Source: Candidatus Krumholzibacteriota bacterium (GTDB lineage Bacteria > Krumholzibacteriota > Krumholzibacteriia > Krumholzibacteriales > Krumholzibacteriaceae). Taken from it: a stretch of DNA of 64,000 bases. Shown piece after piece: positions 37,206-47,352 of the stretch (positions within the stretch are counted from its first letter, which is position 1; every line of letters begins with the position of its first letter). Under the pieces are notes generated by a model. That model had not been told where the DNA came from and made no database searches. It saw only the letters and a list, made by a program, of their open reading frames with translations. The DNA is taken from NCBI GenBank assembly GCA_016931295.1, contig JAFGEZ010000012.1, forward strand, positions 6,100 through 70,099, read 5' to 3'. The translations under genes were made by a program, and so were the position numbers.

Positions 37206-39818
37206 GTGAAGAGCAGGCCGGTCTTTCCCCTCGTCAACGCGGTACTGCTGGGGATCTCGGCGCTGACCGGGCTGCGGATCCTGCCCGGTCCCGGATGGGT
37301 CGGCGTGCTCCTCGCCTTCTACGCGCTCGTCGTGCTGCCGGGGATCCTTCTCCACCGCCTGATCTTCCGCAGGTCGGTTTTTTCGCTCGACGGTATGGGG
37401 ACGGCCATGTCGTTCGGACTGGCCGTTCCGGCGACGATCGCGCTCGCCGGGTTCATCCCCGGTGTCGGATTCGGCGTTCTCGCCGTCGCCGCTTCGGGCG
37501 CCACGCTCTGTTTGCTGCTGCTCGACCGCCGATCGAGCGATCGGCGGCGCGGAACGGCGACGGAGCTCGTCGGCGTCTTCGCCGGCGGGGATCGTCTGGG
37601 GAGCGGGGAACGGTCCGCAAGGTTTCTCCTCGTCGCGCTGATCTTCGCGGCGTGCGCCGTTTTCTTCCAGGGAACGGGGGAACTCGGCGCGGGAAGCGAC
37701 GGTCCCGATCATGTCTCCTTCGTTCGCCGCGCCATCGAGACGGGAAATCCCTTTCCCGGGGATTCCTTCTTTCGCGAGGGGGACGGCGTCGTTCCCGACG
37801 CCCGGAAGGGGCTCTGGCACGGCGCGATGGCGATCTGGGCAAAGCAGGCCGACGCCGATCCCGTCCTGCTCTGGCGGGCAGCTCCTGCGGCGCTCGCGGC
37901 ATGCCACCTGATCCTCTTCCTCTTCTTCGCGCGCGCCGTCACTGGATCGGCGCTCCTCTCGTTGCTTGCCGCGGTCTTCTTCCTCGTCTTCTATCGCGGC
38001 GAGGGGTTCGTCTGGCTCACGAAGGCGGCATTCAGCCGCAATGTCGCGCAGGCGATGCTCTGGGGCGCGGCCGGAAACGCGATCCTGTTCCTCCGGGGCG
38101 GCGACCGCCGTCGCCTCGCCGCGGCGGCATTCGTTTCCGTCGCCGGGTGCGCAGTCCACCTGATCTTCGCCCCGCTGCTCGGGATGTTCCTTCTCGGACT
38201 CGCCGTGCACGCACTGCGGCGCGGCGGCGGGGGAGGGGCGAGGCGGCGGGTCGTCGAGACCGCGGCCGTCCTTCTCCTCGCAGCGTCGGTTGCGACGGCG
38301 GTCCGGCTGATACGGACCTTTTCTTTCGGCAACGAGATCCATGCGCACATGCAGGGCATGCTCCTGCTCGGCGGCGGTCTCGTCGTCCTCGATCCGGTCG
38401 AGCTTTTGTCCCGGATGCACGCAGTCTTCTTCTTCGTCGTCGCCGGGGCGATCTTCCTCGCGCCGCCCTTCACCTCCCGGAAAAACGTCTCTCTCGCGTC
38501 GGCCCTCTTCTGGCCGCCGGTGATCTTCGTCCTCTTTCCCCCGACGGCGACCCTTCTCGAGAGGATCCTCGGGTATCTCCACTACCGTATCCTCTACGCG
38601 GCGCCGGTGATGTGCATGCTGGCGATCGTTCTCGCACGGCTCGCGGGGATCGTCCTGGCCGGAACGCGGGGGAAAAGCGGATCGGGACGGATCGCCGGGC
38701 GGGTCGCCGCCCTCGCGGCGCTCGTTTTCTTCGCCGCTGTCCCGCTCAGGTTCGGCCTGAAGGACGCGGTCTCCGCGGTCCGGGAGATGCCTAAGGCATC
38801 GGAAACGCCGGCGGCCGGGGAGCAAATCGCGGATCTCCTGCGCGGTCACGGCCGGCCGGGCTCCGTCGTCATCTCCGATCCGAGGACATCGTACCTGATA
38901 TCGGCCTACACCGATCTCTTCGTCGCGACGATCGACGGGCAGCACGGTTCGCCGGCCGACACGGCGGCGGCAACCCGTTTACGCGAGACGCGGGACCTGT
39001 TCTCGCCCTTCGTGCCGATCGCGGCGAGCGTGCCCTGGCTTCGCGCGACCGGCGCGGATCTCCTCCTCCTCGATACGGGGATGCCGGCCGATTTCTTCGG
39101 CACGATGCCGGCGACCGGCGCCGGCCCCGTGCTCGAGAAGATGCGCCGATGCGCCCTGTTCGACGAGATCGACCGGCGAAACGGACTCGTCCTCTTCGAC
39201 CTGCGTCTGGACGGCGGGCTCTCCGCCGCCGACTCGGCGAGCGTCCTTCGCGCCGATCGCGGCGATGCGTGTCCCGAGGGAAGCGTCCGGGGCGGGGCGG
39301 CGGCGGTCGGCGAGACGATCCGTCTCGAGGGTATCTGCCTGGAGCGGTCGACGGTCGCCCCCGGGGACACCCTGCGGGGAACCTTCCTCTGGTCGATCGG
39401 AGAGCCCGTGTTCTTCGGTTTGCCGATCGCCTGGACGCTCCGGCTCGACGCCCCCGAGTCGCGGGGGACGTGGCATCGTCCATGGTACGGAAAGCAGTAC
39501 CGGCGGATCGTCGAGCGGCGTGACGGTCGTTTTCGCCGCGCGACCTTTTCCGGACTCGTCGGGGCGGCCGGCCTCCGGCCGGACGGATGGGAGACGGGGA
39601 GTCCCGCCTACCGCGAGGCATTCGCCGTGTTCCTCCCTTCGTCGATGGCGGCGGGAGAGTGGACGATGCGGGTGACCGTGAGGCGGGTGCCCTACATGGA
39701 CAACCGGACGATCGCAGACTACCTGCGGAGCGAGGACTCCTTCCACGGCGCTGTCGTCGGTGCGATCGTCGTCGGGTTGGAAGGCGGGATCGAGGGGGGA
39801 GAAGCCGATGCTCCCTGA
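37206..39818 (+). CDS. large multi-pass membrane protein with periplasmic C-terminal domain (probable GT-C)
   Basis: GTG after GGAGG; more than 12 hydrophobic segments, SDGPDH in first loop, soluble C-terminal region. Confidence 0.6.
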   Translation: MKSRPVFPLVNAVLLGISALTGLRILPGPGWVGVLLAFYALVVLPGILLHRLIFRRSVFSLDGMGTAMSFGLAVPATIALAGFIPGVGFGVLAVAASGATLCLLLLDRRSSDRRRGTATELVGVFAGGDRLGSGERSARFLLVALIFAACAVFFQGTGELGAGSDGPDHVSFVRRAIETGNPFPGDSFFREGDGVVPDARKGLWHGAMAIWAKQADADPVLLWRAAPAALAACHLILFLFFARAVTGSALLSLLAAVFFLVFYRGEGFVWLTKAAFSRNVAQAMLWGAAGNAILFLRGGDRRRLAAAAFVSVAGCAVHLIFAPLLGMFLLGLAVHALRRGGGGGARRRVVETAAVLLLAASVATAVRLIRTFSFGNEIHAHMQGMLLLGGGLVVLDPVELLSRMHAVFFFVVAGAIFLAPPFTSRKNVSLASALFWPPVIFVLFPPTATLLERILGYLHYRILYAAPVMCMLAIVLARLAGIVLAGTRGKSGSGRIAGRVAALAALVFFAAVPLRFGLKDAVSAVREMPKASETPAAGEQIADLLRGHGRPGSVVISDPRTSYLISAYTDLFVATIDGQHGSPADTAAATRLRETRDLFSPFVPIAASVPWLRATGADLLLLDTGMPADFFGTMPATGAGPVLEKMRRCALFDEIDRRNGLVLFDLRLDGGLSAADSASVLRADRGDACPEGSVRGGAAAVGETIRLEGICLERSTVAPGDTLRGTFLWSIGEPVFFGLPIAWTLRLDAPESRGTWHRPWYGKQYRRIVERRDGRFRRATFSGLVGAAGLRPDGWETGSPAYREAFAVFLPSSMAAGEWTMRVTVRRVPYMDNRTIADYLRSEDSFHGAVVGAIVVGLEGGIEGGEADAP

Positions 39819-40950
39819 GTCGCCGGCGGATCGGTCGACGATCCTCCTCTTCTCCGATGCGCCCTATGCCGGCGGCGCGGAACGCTACCTGTCGCTCCTT
39901 GCCGGGGGACTCGACCGGGCCCGCTTCGATCCCGCGCTCGTCATCGCCTCGAGGGGGCGGCTCGACGCTCTCCGGCGCGACGCCGAACAAGCGGGCGTGG
40001 CCGTGCACGAGACGGGGCCGGTCGATTCCGCGCGCGGTCTCTCCGCGTTCCGCCGGCTGACAAGGCGGCTTTGCCCGGCGATCCTCCATCTCAACCTGCC
40101 CGGACCGTTCAACGCCGCCTGCGGTCTCGTCGCCCCGGTCGGCCGGCTCTCGGGCGCGCGTCACGTCGTCTCGACCGAGCACCTGCCGATGGTGCCCTCC
40201 TTCGCCAGGGCGCGCCTGCTCCGGGGCATCGGGGGCCGCTTCATCGAACGCGTCCTCACGGTGAGCGAGGACAACCGGGGCCACCTCGCGCGGATCCATC
40301 GCGTCGATCCCGCCCGGGTGCGCGTCGTTCGCATCGGCGTCCCCGATCCGGGCCCCGTGTCGCCGGCGGGCTTGAGAAAGCAAACGGGGATCGGGTCGAG
40401 CGCCTTCGTTCTCATCGCCGTGGGGGCGCTCGAGGAGCGGAAGGGACATCGACACGCGATCGACGCCCTCGGCCTGCTGCCGGGAGATGTGCACCTCTTC
40501 GTCGCCGGGAGCGGGGAAGCTCGCGAGAAACTCTCCGCGCGCGCGGCGGCGGCGGGTGTCGCCGGACGCGTTCATTTCCTCGGGCAGCGAACCGACGTTT
40601 CGTCGCTTCTCGCCGACGCGGACTGCCTCGTCCTCTCGAGCGAGCTCGAGGCGACGCCCTACGTCATCGTGGAGGCGATGGCGGCGGGTCTTCCCGTGGT
40701 CGCGAGCGGCATCTTCGGCATCCCCGAGCTCGTGGAGGAAGGCGTGACGGGCCTGCTCGTGCCGCCGGGCGACCCGGCCGCGATCGCAAGAGCGATCGCG
40801 GCGCTCGCCGCGGACCCCGCCATCCGCCGGCGCATGGGGGCGGCGGCGAGGCGGCGATACGAGGAGCGATTCACGCTGGAGCGATTCGTCGCCGAGACCG
40901 TCGCCGTCTACCGGGAACTGCTCGATGCGACGAAGGGGGGGGACGCGTGA
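39808..40950 (+). CDS. GT4 glycosyltransferase
   Basis: GGAERY, RKGH, EATPYVIVEAMAAGLPVV. Confidence 0.9.
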   Translation: MLPESPADRSTILLFSDAPYAGGAERYLSLLAGGLDRARFDPALVIASRGRLDALRRDAEQAGVAVHETGPVDSARGLSAFRRLTRRLCPAILHLNLPGPFNAACGLVAPVGRLSGARHVVSTEHLPMVPSFARARLLRGIGGRFIERVLTVSEDNRGHLARIHRVDPARVRVVRIGVPDPGPVSPAGLRKQTGIGSSAFVLIAVGALEERKGHRHAIDALGLLPGDVHLFVAGSGEAREKLSARAAAAGVAGRVHFLGQRTDVSSLLADADCLVLSSELEATPYVIVEAMAAGLPVVASGIFGIPELVEEGVTGLLVPPGDPAAIARAIAALAADPAIRRRMGAAARRRYEERFTLERFVAETVAVYRELLDATKGGDA

Positions 40951-42167
40951 AGATACTGCTCGCCCTCTCCTGGGCTCCGTGGCCCGTCAGGCGGGGAACC
41001 GACCGGCTCATGATGAACCTCGCCGGGGGACTCGCAAAAGGCCACGAGGTCTTCCTCGTCACGATGGCGCTCGATCGGGCGGGGCTCCGCGAGGTGGAGG
41101 ATGCGGCCCAGACTGGCGTGCGCGTCAGGGCGATCCTCGCGCCGAATCGCCGGAGCGCGCTCCACCGTGCAGCCTACCGCGTCCGCAACGCCGCGCTGCG
41201 CCGGCTTGCCCGCGTGCCGCGGCAGACCCTCTACGCGGCGCCTCCCGCGTTCCTCGATGCCGTCAGGAGGACGGCACGCGTGGAGGCGATCGATGCCGTC
41301 ATCGCGTCCTACTGGCACCTGTACCGGCTGGCGGGGACGACCGGCGCCCCGATCGAGGCCTTGTTGACCCATGACATCGATTTCCGCGTACACGAGGAAC
41401 GCATCGCCCGGGGGCTGTCGACGTTGCCTCCGGGGGAGGCGGAACGGCGCGAGCGCATCGAACGGGAGGCGTATCGCCGGTACCGGCGGATCGTCACCGT
41501 CACACCGCGCGACGCGGAGACGCTCAAGGAACTCGACGAGACGCGCGGCGCGACGATCCTGCCGCTGCCGCTCGCGATGGATCTCGACCGGTTCCGCCCC
41601 GGCGGTGGGCGGCGGGAGACGGACACGATCCTTCTCCTCGGCTCCTTCGACGCCGATTTCAACCGCGACGCCCTCTCCTTCTTCGCGCGGGACGTGCTGC
41701 CGATCGTGCGGCGAACGAGGCCGACTGCGCGTCTTCTCGTCGTGGGGCACCACGCAAACGGCGACCTGCGGCGCGAAGCCGGCGGGGGCGTCGAGTTCGC
41801 CGGGGGCGTACCCGATATCCGCTTGCATCTCGCCTCGTGCGCGCTCATGGTCTTGCCGCTCCGATTCGGCGGCGGGGTGCGCATCCGGATGATGGAAGCG
41901 GCGGCGATGGGAACGCCCGTCGTGAGCACAGGGATCGGCGTCGGCGGCATGGGACTCGTGCCGGGGCGGGAATACCTCGAGGCAAACGATCCGGCGGCGA
42001 TGGCGGAGGCCGTTGTCTCGTTGCTCGATGACGGCGATCTCGCCGCGCGCATCGGCCTCGGCGCCAGGAACTGGGCCGAGCGGACGATCTCGATGGCCGA
42101 TTATCCCGAACGGCTCGACCGGATGCTCGACCGACTCTCGGAGAACCGTCCCGGCGATCGCGCGTAG
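40947..42167 (+). CDS. GT4 glycosyltransferase
   Basis: PWP...G, PLRFGGGVRIRMMEAAAMG.PVVST. Confidence 0.88.
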   Translation: MKILLALSWAPWPVRRGTDRLMMNLAGGLAKGHEVFLVTMALDRAGLREVEDAAQTGVRVRAILAPNRRSALHRAAYRVRNAALRRLARVPRQTLYAAPPAFLDAVRRTARVEAIDAVIASYWHLYRLAGTTGAPIEALLTHDIDFRVHEERIARGLSTLPPGEAERRERIEREAYRRYRRIVTVTPRDAETLKELDETRGATILPLPLAMDLDRFRPGGGRRETDTILLLGSFDADFNRDALSFFARDVLPIVRRTRPTARLLVVGHHANGDLRREAGGGVEFAGGVPDIRLHLASCALMVLPLRFGGGVRIRMMEAAAMGTPVVSTGIGVGGMGLVPGREYLEANDPAAMAEAVVSLLDDGDLAARIGLGARNWAERTISMADYPERLDRMLDRLSENRPGDRA

Positions 42168-42213
42168 TTTTCCCGGTGGTCGCGGACGCCGCGTCGACAG
42201 AGCGGCCGGTTCG

Positions 42214-43704
42214 TCAGTTTCCGATCCGGCGCGACACGTCGACCCGCGGCATGTAATCGTCTACCGGGGGGAAGTTGTCGAGGTTGCGGCCGATCGCCGC
42301 CTCGAGGAAGGCGTTCGTCCACCGGAAGATGTCGTACCGACGGACTGCAAGGCGAAGCCGCTGCATCCGTTCCTTCCGCTCGTCGGCGGGCATGGTGAAG
42401 GCACGGTGGATCGCGGCGGCGACCTCCTCGATATGATAGGGATTGACGAGTATCGCCCCCTTCTGGAGCTGGGCGGCCGCGCCGGCGAATTCGGAGAGGA
42501 TCAGGACGCCCTTGCCCTCGATGCTGGCCGCGCAGTACTCCTTGGCGACGAGGTTCATCCCGTCCTTGATGGGAGTGATGAGGGCGATCTCCGCGGTGCG
42601 GTAATACGCGAAAAGCTCCGTCTTCTCGAGGGGACGGTGGATGTAGTGGATCGGGACCCAGCCCGAGCTCGTGTACCGGCCGTTGATGTCGCTCACGAGC
42701 TGCTCGATCTCGATCTTCAGCTCCTGATAGCGCGGGATGGAGCGCCTGCTCGGAACGACGACCTGGACGAGCGTGACCTTCCGGTGGAACTCGGGATGCG
42801 ACTGGAGGAACCGGTCGAACGCCTTCAGGCGCAGGGGGATCCCCTTCGTGTAATCGAGCCGGTCGATACCGAGGATGATCTTGCCGTTCGGGATGTACTC
42901 GTGTATGTACCACGCCTCGTCGGCCACCGTCCGGGAATCGGCGATCCCCTCGAAGGCGCGATAGTCGATCCCGATGGGAAAGGCCCCGACGCGGATACGG
43001 TGCTTGCCGAAACGGATCTCCTGCACCTGGCCGGCGCCGCGGACGCTGACCCCGTCGACGAGCGAGCGGACGCAGTTGATGAAGTTGCGGCGGTCGCGGA
43101 GGGTCTGGAACCCGATGAGGTCGTAGTCGAGGACGGCGCGGAGGAGCTCGGTCCGCCAGGGGAACTTGAGGAAGATGTCGAGGGGCGGGAAGGGGATGTG
43201 CAGGAAGAAGCCGAGGCTGGAGCGGACGCCGCGTGCGCGGAGTTCCTCGGCGACGGTGAAGAGGTGGTAGTCGTGCACCCAGATGAAGTCGTTCTGGCGG
43301 GTGTGCTCGGCGATCGCCGCGGCGAACTTCCGGTTGACTTCCCGGTAGATCTCCCAGTACGCGGGATCGAAATCACACATCGACTGCAGGTCGTGGAACA
43401 GGGGCCAGATCACCTGGTTCGCCATGCCGGCGTAGAAGCCGTCGATCTCCTCGCTGGTGAGGTCGACCGTCTTCATCGTGTAGCCCGCGCTGCGGGACGC
43501 TTCCTCGACGATGGCCGCGATCTCCCCGTTGCCCTGCGCCCCGGGCCAGCCGATCCACATCCCGCCGCGGTCCCGCAGCACGGGGGCGAGGGCCGTCACG
43601 AGCCCCCCGGAACCCTCGTGGACGACCCATGCCGTGCCGGTGCGCTCCAGCACGAAGGGGAGCCGGTTCGATATCATCACAACCCGCTTGATGTCGGCGC
43701 CCAT
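42214..43704 (-). CDS. otsA: trehalose-6-phosphate synthase (GT20)
   Basis: SNRLP, GGLVTAL, WPLFH, WVHDYHL, HIPFP, DRLDYTKG, DGMNLVAKEY. Confidence 0.96.
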   Translation of the reverse strand: MGADIKRVVMISNRLPFVLERTGTAWVVHEGSGGLVTALAPVLRDRGGMWIGWPGAQGNGEIAAIVEEASRSAGYTMKTVDLTSEEIDGFYAGMANQVIWPLFHDLQSMCDFDPAYWEIYREVNRKFAAAIAEHTRQNDFIWVHDYHLFTVAEELRARGVRSSLGFFLHIPFPPLDIFLKFPWRTELLRAVLDYDLIGFQTLRDRRNFINCVRSLVDGVSVRGAGQVQEIRFGKHRIRVGAFPIGIDYRAFEGIADSRTVADEAWYIHEYIPNGKIILGIDRLDYTKGIPLRLKAFDRFLQSHPEFHRKVTLVQVVVPSRRSIPRYQELKIEIEQLVSDINGRYTSSGWVPIHYIHRPLEKTELFAYYRTAEIALITPIKDGMNLVAKEYCAASIEGKGVLILSEFAGAAAQLQKGAILVNPYHIEEVAAAIHRAFTMPADERKERMQRLRLAVRRYDIFRWTNAFLEAAIGRNLDNFPPVDDYMPRVDVSRRIGN

Positions 43705-43708
43705 GGCG

Positions 43709-44494
43709 TCATCCTTCCGTCTCACGAAGCCATCGTTCCAGGAATGCGAGAAGCCCCTCCGGCGGCGTGATGCGCGCGGCCGCTGCCGTCCGCCGGTTCG
43801 TCCGGGAGACGAGGATGCCCGTTCCGCGCCCCCGTATCGCCTCGAAGGCGTCCTCGTCGGTGAGGTCGTCCCCGAGAAAACAGGCGAACGCCTGACGGTT
43901 CTCGGCGAGGAGCGTCGAGACGGCGGTTCCCTTGTCGCGTCCGGGCGGGCGTATCTCGATTCCCCCGTCGAAGGGGCGCAAACAAAGGCCTCGCAGGTCG
44001 GCGATCCGCCGCCAGGCAGGCTCCACGTCTCGTTGCAGTCGTTCGATCGTTTCGTCGGGCGCGCCGCGCCAGTGCAGCGCGACACCGGCGGGCTTCGTCT
44101 CGCAGCGATCGCGGAAACCCGCCTTCCCGGCCGCGTCGAGCGCCTCCTCGAGTCCGGCGGCCGCGCGGGCGTCGAGCGAGGGCGGCTCGTACCTGCCGTC
44201 GGCAAGCAGGCGTTCCCATCCGTGGCTTCCCCACACCTCCGGGCGGCGCCCGGTGCCGAGGAGCGACACGAGCGAATCGACGCCGCGTCCCGTGATGACG
44301 ACGGTGCGGCATCTCCCGGCGGCGAGAAGCCGGTCGATCAGTTCCGTCACGCCTGGCCAGGGAACGGCGCGGTCCCGGTCGACGACGAAGGGAGCGAGGG
44401 TGCCGTCGTAGTCGAGCATCAGCAGCCGCCTGTCCGCGCGGGCGAGTTCCGCGAAGAACCGGTCGGGATCGAATGCGGGATCGAGGATATCCAT
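43709..44494 (-). CDS. otsB: trehalose-6-phosphate phosphatase (HAD)
   Basis: LDYDGTL, GSHG.E, DKG, GDDLTDEDAF. Confidence 0.95.
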   Translation of the reverse strand: MDILDPAFDPDRFFAELARADRRLLMLDYDGTLAPFVVDRDRAVPWPGVTELIDRLLAAGRCRTVVITGRGVDSLVSLLGTGRRPEVWGSHGWERLLADGRYEPPSLDARAAAGLEEALDAAGKAGFRDRCETKPAGVALHWRGAPDETIERLQRDVEPAWRRIADLRGLCLRPFDGGIEIRPPGRDKGTAVSTLLAENRQAFACFLGDDLTDEDAFEAIRGRGTGILVSRTNRRTAAAARITPPEGLLAFLERWLRETEG

Positions 44495-44522
44495 ATCATG
44501 GGCGCCCGCGGCTGGCGGGCGC

Positions 44523-45764
44523 CTATTCGAGCACGATACGCTCGCCGGCGCCCCGGATGAGAGTCACCATCGTGGTGAGGTATTCGCGGAGGTGCCGGGT
44601 AAGCAGGAAGTTCTCCCTGACGAAACGGTGCGCCTTCCCGCCCATCGCCTCGAGACGGTCGCGGTGGCAGAGGAGATATCTCGCGCGAAGGGCTGCTCCC
44701 TCGGGGGTGTTGACGAGGAACCCGGTGTGGTGATCGAAGACCTGGATCCGGATGCCTCCGGTGTCGCCGCCGATCACCGGTTTCCCCTTCCACATCGCCT
44801 CGGTCACGGTGAGCCCGAAACCCTCCCTGATCGATTTCTGCAGGACGATGTCCGCGCCGCGCTGTAGCGCGTTGATCTGGCGGTGCGCGTCCGCGGGGAG
44901 GACGAGGACGTGGATGTCGGCGTCCCCCTCGGCGGCGGCCCGCACCTCGTCGAGGACCTCCTGCGATTCCGGATCGTCCGTGGCCTCGCCGCCGGCGAGG
45001 GCGAGCTGGACGGTCGGCAGGAAATTCTTCGTGAGACGGTAGGCGCGTATCACGCCGACGGGATCCTTGAACCGGTCGTAGCGCGAGACCTGGAGCATCA
45101 GGGGGCGCTCGACGTCGATTCCCAGCGAGAGGAGCGTCGTCTGGACCTCCGTGTCCTTCAGGTCGATGTTCTTCTCGGACAGGGGGTCGATGCTCGGAGG
45201 GATCAGGTACTCGAGATGCGGGAGGGGCTGCGCGAACGCGGCGAGCGAGAAGACGCTCGCGTCGTAACCGGCGATGAACGGCCGGAGGTACTTCCACACA
45301 GAACGGTTCGGGCGGCTCGCGTCGATGTGGCACCGCCAGATCCATTTCCCCGTGCGCGATTCGAAGTGGCGGAGCAGCGGCGCCGGCTGGGGATCGTGGA
45401 TGAAGACGATGTCCGCCTTCTCGAGGACGGGGCGGAGGGTGTCGGCGTTCGCCGCGTTCACCTCCTCGTAGATCTTCAGCATCCGTTTCGGCACGTCGAC
45501 GCGATCTCCCTGGAGCGCGTTGTGGAAGCTCTTCGTCACGGAGAAGAAATCCTGGTTCCCCTCGATGACCTCCCACGAGACGTCGATCCCGAGCTCCCGT
45601 TTCAGGGGGACGAGCTTCGCGAGGATCTCGGCGACGCCGCCGCCCTTCTTCGTCGAGTTCACGTGAACGACGCGTATGCCCCGCAGGGGCTCGACGAGCT
45701 GGTGAAGGTGGTCGATAACGTCCCAGCCGACGATGTCGGCGTATTGTTCGAGCATCGAGGTCAT
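44523..45764 (-). CDS. treT: trehalose glycosyltransferring synthase (GT4)
   Basis: HVNST..GGGVAEIL, HDPQP, WRCHID, SRYDRFK, QKSIREGFGLTVTEAMWK. Confidence 0.9.
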   Translation of the reverse strand: MTSMLEQYADIVGWDVIDHLHQLVEPLRGIRVVHVNSTKKGGGVAEILAKLVPLKRELGIDVSWEVIEGNQDFFSVTKSFHNALQGDRVDVPKRMLKIYEEVNAANADTLRPVLEKADIVFIHDPQPAPLLRHFESRTGKWIWRCHIDASRPNRSVWKYLRPFIAGYDASVFSLAAFAQPLPHLEYLIPPSIDPLSEKNIDLKDTEVQTTLLSLGIDVERPLMLQVSRYDRFKDPVGVIRAYRLTKNFLPTVQLALAGGEATDDPESQEVLDEVRAAAEGDADIHVLVLPADAHRQINALQRGADIVLQKSIREGFGLTVTEAMWKGKPVIGGDTGGIRIQVFDHHTGFLVNTPEGAALRARYLLCHRDRLEAMGGKAHRFVRENFLLTRHLREYLTTMVTLIRGAGERIVLE

Positions 45765-46438
45765 CGCGATCGCTCCCCGAACCGGCCGGCGAAGATGCCG
45801 GCGAGCTGCTGGCGCAACTCGGTGAGTGTGCCGAAGTAGGGGTCGACGTTTCCGAGGAGGCCGCAGAGATCGCGGTACCGGTCCTCGAAGCCGTAGAGCC
45901 ACGAGCTGAAGTCGTCGATGTTGCCGAATGTGCGCCGGCGGGCGTCGATGAAATGGTAGAAGATGCTGCTTCGGCTCATGGACGGGACGACTACGGCGAG
46001 TTCCTCCGGCTCGTGGATGACCTTGCGGGTGTCGAAGACGACGATCTGCGAGGTGATGAAATGGAACTCCGCGTCCGGACGCGTCCAGGAAATCGTCTCG
46101 ATCTCGTCCATGCGGGCCTCGAGGATGTCGACGATCGCCAGGCGGAGTTCCTCCAGGTCGGGAAGCCGCGCCGGGTCGATCGTCCCGAGACGCTCGGCGA
46201 GCACCTTGTCGTGCAGGGCGTGCCGGGCCCACGAGGCGAAGTCGTTGTAGTACTCGGGATCGTCGAAGCGGGCCTTGAGCAGTCCGCTCCAGAAGTGGTA
46301 GTAGATGCATCCGGAATCTATGTCCCGTACGATATTCCGGAGTTCCTTGAGATTCTGCGCGCGGATCCCCGTCGCGATCGCGGCGAGCGCGCAGTCCTTG
46401 ATCTCGAAGGAGGCATGTCCGGTGTCCGTCGTATCCAT
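45761..46438 (-). CDS. DUF5752-like protein (TreT-associated)
   Basis: Internal duplication IYYHF..NDFASW / IFYHF..DDFSSW; overlaps the treT start. Confidence 0.8.
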   Translation of the reverse strand: MDTTDTGHASFEIKDCALAAIATGIRAQNLKELRNIVRDIDSGCIYYHFWSGLLKARFDDPEYYNDFASWARHALHDKVLAERLGTIDPARLPDLEELRLAIVDILEARMDEIETISWTRPDAEFHFITSQIVVFDTRKVIHEPEELAVVVPSMSRSSIFYHFIDARRRTFGNIDDFSSWLYGFEDRYRDLCGLLGNVDPYFGTLTELRQQLAGIFAGRFGERSR

Positions 46439-46533
46439 CCGTCAGCTCCTGCTCCGGGGAATGAGGCGGAACGAGCGCGAGGAGATCGAAACCCTTCCGG
46501 ATCGCCGTCCCGGAACGGGCCCGATACGCCGCA

Positions 46534-46569
46534 ATACTAATGGAAACGCCGGGGGCGTTCAACTATAAT
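46534..46569. promoter_or_regulatory. overlapping divergent sigma70-type promoters with central inverted repeat
   Basis: Minus: TTGAAC-17-TAGTAT. Plus: TGGAAA-17-TATAAT. AACGCC-GGG-GGCGTT lies between them. Confidence 0.55.
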
Positions 46570-46607
46570 AACCCGGTCGCTCGCCGAAACACACGAGGAG
46601 GACGTTC

Positions 46608-47339
46608 ATGAAGGGGATCATTCTCGCGGGGGGGCTCGGCACGAGGCTCATGCCGCTGACCCGGATCACCAACAAGCACCTGTTGCCCGTCTACGACAAA
46701 CCGATGGTCTTCTACCCGATCCAGGCGCTGATAAACGCGGGGATCCGCGACATCCTCATCGTGACCGGCGGGAACAACGCGGGCGATTTCCTCAGGCTCC
46801 TCGGGAACGGAAAGGATTTCGGGCTCGAGCACATCGACTACACGTACCAGGAGGGCGAGGGGGGGATCGCCGAGGCGCTCCGTCTCGCCGAGTATTTCGC
46901 CGGGGGAGAACGCATCTGCGTCGTCCTTGGCGACAATATCATCGAGAAGAACATCCGCCGCGCCGTCGAATCCTATCTCCGGCAACCCTCCGGGGCGAAG
47001 ATCCTCCTCAAAGAGGTCCCCGATCCGGAGCGGTTCGGCGTGCCCCTGCTCGACGGCGAACGCGTGGTGCGGATCGAGGAGAAGCCGTCCGAGCCGGCGT
47101 CCAGCTACGCGGTGACCGGCATCTACATGTACGACGAGCGCGTCTTCGAGATCATCAAAACCCTCGAGCCGTCCGATCGCGGCGAGCTCGAGATCACTGA
47201 CGTCAACAACGCCTACATCGAGCGGGGGGAACTCACCTGGGACGTTCTCGACGGATGGTGGACGGACGCGGGCACCTTCGACTCGCTGCTCAAGGCGAAC
47301 CGGCTCGTCGCCGAGACGGGGGCGAACCTGCTCGATTGA
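46608..47339 (+). CDS. rmlA: glucose-1-phosphate thymidylyltransferase (short form)
   Basis: LAGGLGTRL, K.LLPVYDKPM, EKP, RGELEITD, DAGT. Confidence 0.92.
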   Translation: MKGIILAGGLGTRLMPLTRITNKHLLPVYDKPMVFYPIQALINAGIRDILIVTGGNNAGDFLRLLGNGKDFGLEHIDYTYQEGEGGIAEALRLAEYFAGGERICVVLGDNIIEKNIRRAVESYLRQPSGAKILLKEVPDPERFGVPLLDGERVVRIEEKPSEPASSYAVTGIYMYDERVFEIIKTLEPSDRGELEITDVNNAYIERGELTWDVLDGWWTDAGTFDSLLKANRLVAETGANLLD

Positions 47340-47352
47340 TGCCCCGCGACGT

